From assembly GCA_049517415.1 (NCBI GenBank), contig JBEKSC010000026.1, positions 1 through 37,604 of the forward strand: a DNA stretch of 37,604 nucleotides, written 5' to 3'. Under the pieces are notes generated by a model. It worked only from the letters and a program-made list of their open reading frames with translations. It did not search any database and was not told where the DNA came from. The position numbers and the translations under genes are program-made. The DNA is from Candidatus Bathyarchaeia archaeon. GTDB taxonomy: Archaea > Thermoproteota > Bathyarchaeia > 40CM-2-53-6. Position 1 is the stretch's first letter, and the number at the start of each line of letters is the position of its first letter. Positions 34,927-37,604 of the stretch are shown one piece after another.

Positions 34927-37602
34927 CTAGCGGCGTCTGCGTCGTAGTATGTATAGTGAAGCTGCAAGCGCTGAAAATGCTACTACTCCGATTGCGCTGA
35001 ATTCGGGGACTGGAATGTTGCTCTGTTGCAGGTACACGTTCTGGCCTACTCCGAATTGGCCTGGTGAGACCACTACGGAGAAGGTTTGAGCCGTGACACC
35101 TGGACCTGCTATGGTGAACTTGTACGTGCCGGGTGGCAGGTACGCTTCGTAGATGCCGTCGAAGGTGTAGAAGTTAAACGACGCACCACTTGCGCCCACT
35201 ACGCTAACGGTGTACCAGCTTACTGGCCGGAACTCGTTAGCCCACGTGAACGCTAGAGCGTTGCCTGATACGAGGCCGTTCAAGTCGACTTCGAAGATTG
35301 CGCTGGCCTCACCGCTTAGGTGAGCGTTGCTGATTTGCCAAACACCTTGTTGTGAGTATGGGCCTAAGTGGTTCATGGACAACGTATGTCCTACGAACGT
35401 AGAGCTTTCGGCCCCGTCTTCTGTGTATCCCGCACCAAACGAATTCTTCGCTGTGGTTCCTGGGATGATGTGGAAGGATTCTCCCATCAGTAGCCCTTGA
35501 ACCGGCGGGTAGTAGTTGGTCACTGGGAAGGTGCTTGTGTTGTTGCCGTACCAGTTTACGAAGTCTACTTCAGCAGTCCATCCGCCCGTGTAGTCAGGCG
35601 CTCCGAGGATGCCTGAGTTAGCGTATGGGTACTGAGCGTAGGCTCCTGGATAGCAGTCGAGTTCAAAGTCGCATCCAGGCGTGAATACCGGGTCGCCATA
35701 GTATGGGCCGTTGATGTGATTTCCTCCTGGCGGCTGCTGTGGCAGTCCAGCCATAAGGACGTGGAGCAGTGTTGTGTTTGATGGCACGTAATTGTAGGCA
35801 TATGTGCCTGACGACGGTACCTGTATGCCACCTTGGTATGATGCGAATGGATATAGCGCGTTCGGAATGTAGTCTACCTGTCCTACAGTGTTCGTGACGA
35901 AGAATGGACTTGAAAAGGCGTCTGGTGTGAGTTGTCCGTTCGCGGCTATGGCTGTGTGTGCCGGCACCGTACAGATTGTTGAACATGTGGAGTTGGTTAC
36001 GTACACGCCTTCAGAGGACATCCAATCGGCGACCAGGTTACCCGAGTCGTCGAATAGGCGTACTCTTGCAGACATGTTGTTCAGCGTACCCGTTATGATG
36101 CTCTCCTTCTTGAAGAGCACATCGAGCGTTACGTTGACACCGATCAACAGGTTGACCCGCATGTCAGCGACTTGCCCGTTCATGGCGTACGCTGTGAAGT
36201 CTTGGTCCTGTATGTATCCGTACGTGTAGGCTCTGAGGTTGTATTGGCCTTCTTTGAAGTGGCGTGGCAGCTCTGTTGTCCACATGCTGCCCGTCAACAG
36301 CTTGGTAGCCGTTAGGAATTGCCACCATTGCCCGGTGTATCCACCTACGTAGCCGAACCTTCCGGATTGGCCGAAGAACGCATCGTGAGCAGCGGATGTT
36401 GCTCCGCTAAGCCCGCCGAGGACGTTTCGTCCACCACCGTCCATTTCGGCGCAGGTGGAGTTGTCGGGGACACCGTTTCCTTGGAATGGGCATGGGATTT
36501 CGTTAGTAGCGTATCCTCCCTGGTAGAGTCCGCTCAAACCGGCCTCTATAGAGAGAGGAGGTGCATAGCTGTTGGCACTTGGTTCGTCGCCGTAGAAGTC
36601 CGCGAGTTTACCAGCTGTGCCGTTAACTACCGGGTACCATCCGAGATCGATCTCAGATCCGGCGCATACGGCCGCTGGAACTGGTCCTCCAGCTTGTGAT
36701 CCTTGCAAGACGTGGCCATAGCCTCCTGCATCTTGGCATCCACCCCAAACCCACGGTCGGGCGACACTTGGCCGTTCCCAGTCGATGCTGGATACGGTCA
36801 CGTTGAAGCCTGGCCCTCGGAATAGGTGGTCGCTGATGCTGGTTGGGTTGCCGCTTAATGTCACTGATACCTGCTCCTCCGGACTTTGTGGGACGTATCC
36901 CTCAACTGAAATGTTGGGGGTGTAGGTTCCTGACGGAATACCGTAGTTCTCTCCGCCCCACGTGTCGTTGAAGCCAAAGTATTGGATTGTTGCCTTTCCA
37001 CTGGCTAGTGAATCAGCATTGCCGTGTGCCCTGTTGAGTTGGTTCGAGTCGTGTGGGCATGATAAGCCAGGAGCACCCGTTTCTCCTGAGCCGATATACT
37101 GGACGTTGGTGTAGATGCTCGTGTAAGTGCCGAAGGTTGTGTCTGAAGCGAATGCACTGCCATCACCTTGCCATCCGTCGTAGTTGCACTGGTAGTACAG
37201 GTCGTTGTAGCCTAGGTTGGTTACGTTGTAGGCGTAAACGTTGCCGTCGCCACCTACTAAGCTACCCCAAACTAAGCCTGCGCCCGTTGTGATTGGACCG
37301 GTCTGAATTGTGTTGTCTGTGTTGTGGAAGTAGAGGGTCTTGTTGACCCAGCTTGATAAGCGTAGGTCAAGAGGCAACGTCACATCTCCAGCCCACTCAT
37401 TCGGCGTTATGTCAAAGTAGTACTCTTGGAAGGTAGAACCATCCAAGGCTGTTTGAACATAACGGAAGACCCATGCACGCACATAGTATCTTCCCGGGGT
37501 TAGGCCGTTGATCCAAGTCGCATAGACCTGCGGTACTTCACCGCTGAGGTCAGTTGGAGCACCGTACTCACCCTTAAGCCCGAACTCGTAAGCGAACGGA
37601 GT
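34927..37602 (-). CDS. Large PEF-CTERM cell-surface glycoprotein (S-layer/adhesin-like); 5' end lies outside the window
   Basis: The frame stays open to the window edge (TPFAYEFGLKGEYGAP...GRYYVRAW precedes the tracked ORF), giving at least 891 aa. C-terminus IPVPEF-SAIGVVAFSALAASLYIL-RRRRR is a tripartite sorting signal. Many N-x-S/T sequons; repeated G-x-Y-x-h-x-h carboxypeptidase-regulatory-like strands. Confidence 0.88.
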   Translation of the reverse strand, partial: TPFAYEFGLKGEYGAPTDLSGEVPQVYATWINGLTPGRYYVRAWVFRYVQTALDGSTFQEYYFDITPNEWAGDVTLPLDLRLSSWVNKTLYFHNTDNTIQTGPITTGAGLVWGSLVGGDGNVYAYNVTNLGYNDLYYQCNYDGWQGDGSAFASDTTFGTYTSIYTNVQYIGSGETGAPGLSCPHDSNQLNRAHGNADSLASGKATIQYFGFNDTWGGENYGIPSGTYTPNISVEGYVPQSPEEQVSVTLSGNPTSISDHLFRGPGFNVTVSSIDWERPSVARPWVWGGCQDAGGYGHVLQGSQAGGPVPAAVCAGSEIDLGWYPVVNGTAGKLADFYGDEPSANSYAPPLSIEAGLSGLYQGGYATNEIPCPFQGNGVPDNSTCAEMDGGGRNVLGGLSGATSAAHDAFFGQSGRFGYVGGYTGQWWQFLTATKLLTGSMWTTELPRHFKEGQYNLRAYTYGYIQDQDFTAYAMNGQVADMRVNLLIGVNVTLDVLFKKESIITGTLNNMSARVRLFDDSGNLVADWMSSEGVYVTNSTCSTICTVPAHTAIAANGQLTPDAFSSPFFVTNTVGQVDYIPNALYPFASYQGGIQVPSSGTYAYNYVPSNTTLLHVLMAGLPQQPPGGNHINGPYYGDPVFTPGCDFELDCYPGAYAQYPYANSGILGAPDYTGGWTAEVDFVNWYGNNTSTFPVTNYYPPVQGLLMGESFHIIPGTTAKNSFGAGYTEDGAESSTFVGHTLSMNHLGPYSQQGVWQISNAHLSGEASAIFEVDLNGLVSGNALAFTWANEFRPVSWYTVSVVGASGASFNFYTFDGIYEAYLPPGTYKFTIAGPGVTAQTFSVVVSPGQFGVGQNVYLQQSNIPVPEFSAIGVVAFSALAASLYILRRRRR

Positions 37603-37604
37603 AG

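Noticed and set aside
34326..36699. Antisense and alternate-frame ORFs of 60-164 aa inside the KaiC and PEF-CTERM genes (and similar shadows across the window)
   Set aside because: Shadow ORFs of well-supported genes, with no independent motifs.
1..37604. tRNA/rRNA genes, CRISPR arrays, transposases/integrases, defence systems
   Set aside because: No intergenic T-arm/cloverleaf, regularly spaced repeats or recognisable mobile-element or defence proteins were seen by eye; a tRNAscan/Infernal run would be needed to exclude them formally.

Overview
From ~690 to the end, the window reads as a mid-GC archaeal chromosome segment. The TrpB2, TrmI, DUF2116, AN1-M50, single-domain KaiC and archaeosortase genes suggest a TACK-group organism, plausibly Bathyarchaeia-like (inference). 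The first ~690 bp are very GC-rich and bacterial: a thymidine phosphorylase fragment joined in frame to GlnD ACT domains and then to an archaeal nucleotidyltransferase-like tail, most likely an assembly chimera. Blocks: (1) nucleotidyltransferase-like protein, metallophosphoesterase, APC permease and YkgJ protein; (2) trpB2 and small Zn-finger genes including an AN1-M50 protease; (3) gdhA, glyoxalase, trmI; (4) kinase, HAD phosphatase, GT2, epimerase, Dol-P-Man synthase and GT-C glycosylation genes; (5) a 2-hydroxy-acid/lactate cluster (FAD oxidoreductase, LarA, Ldh_2); (6) a ~13 kb cell-surface locus. Block 6 is the best candidate for an undescribed system. It holds a large PEF-CTERM surface protein, a KaiC-like ATPase, an archaeosortase with Ser at the catalytic Cys position, two GT-C glycosyltransferases, several exported membrane-anchored proteins and a 954-aa duplicated-module hydrolase. 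No tRNA, rRNA, CRISPR array or transposase was recognised. All family calls are from motif recognition by eye, not database searches.
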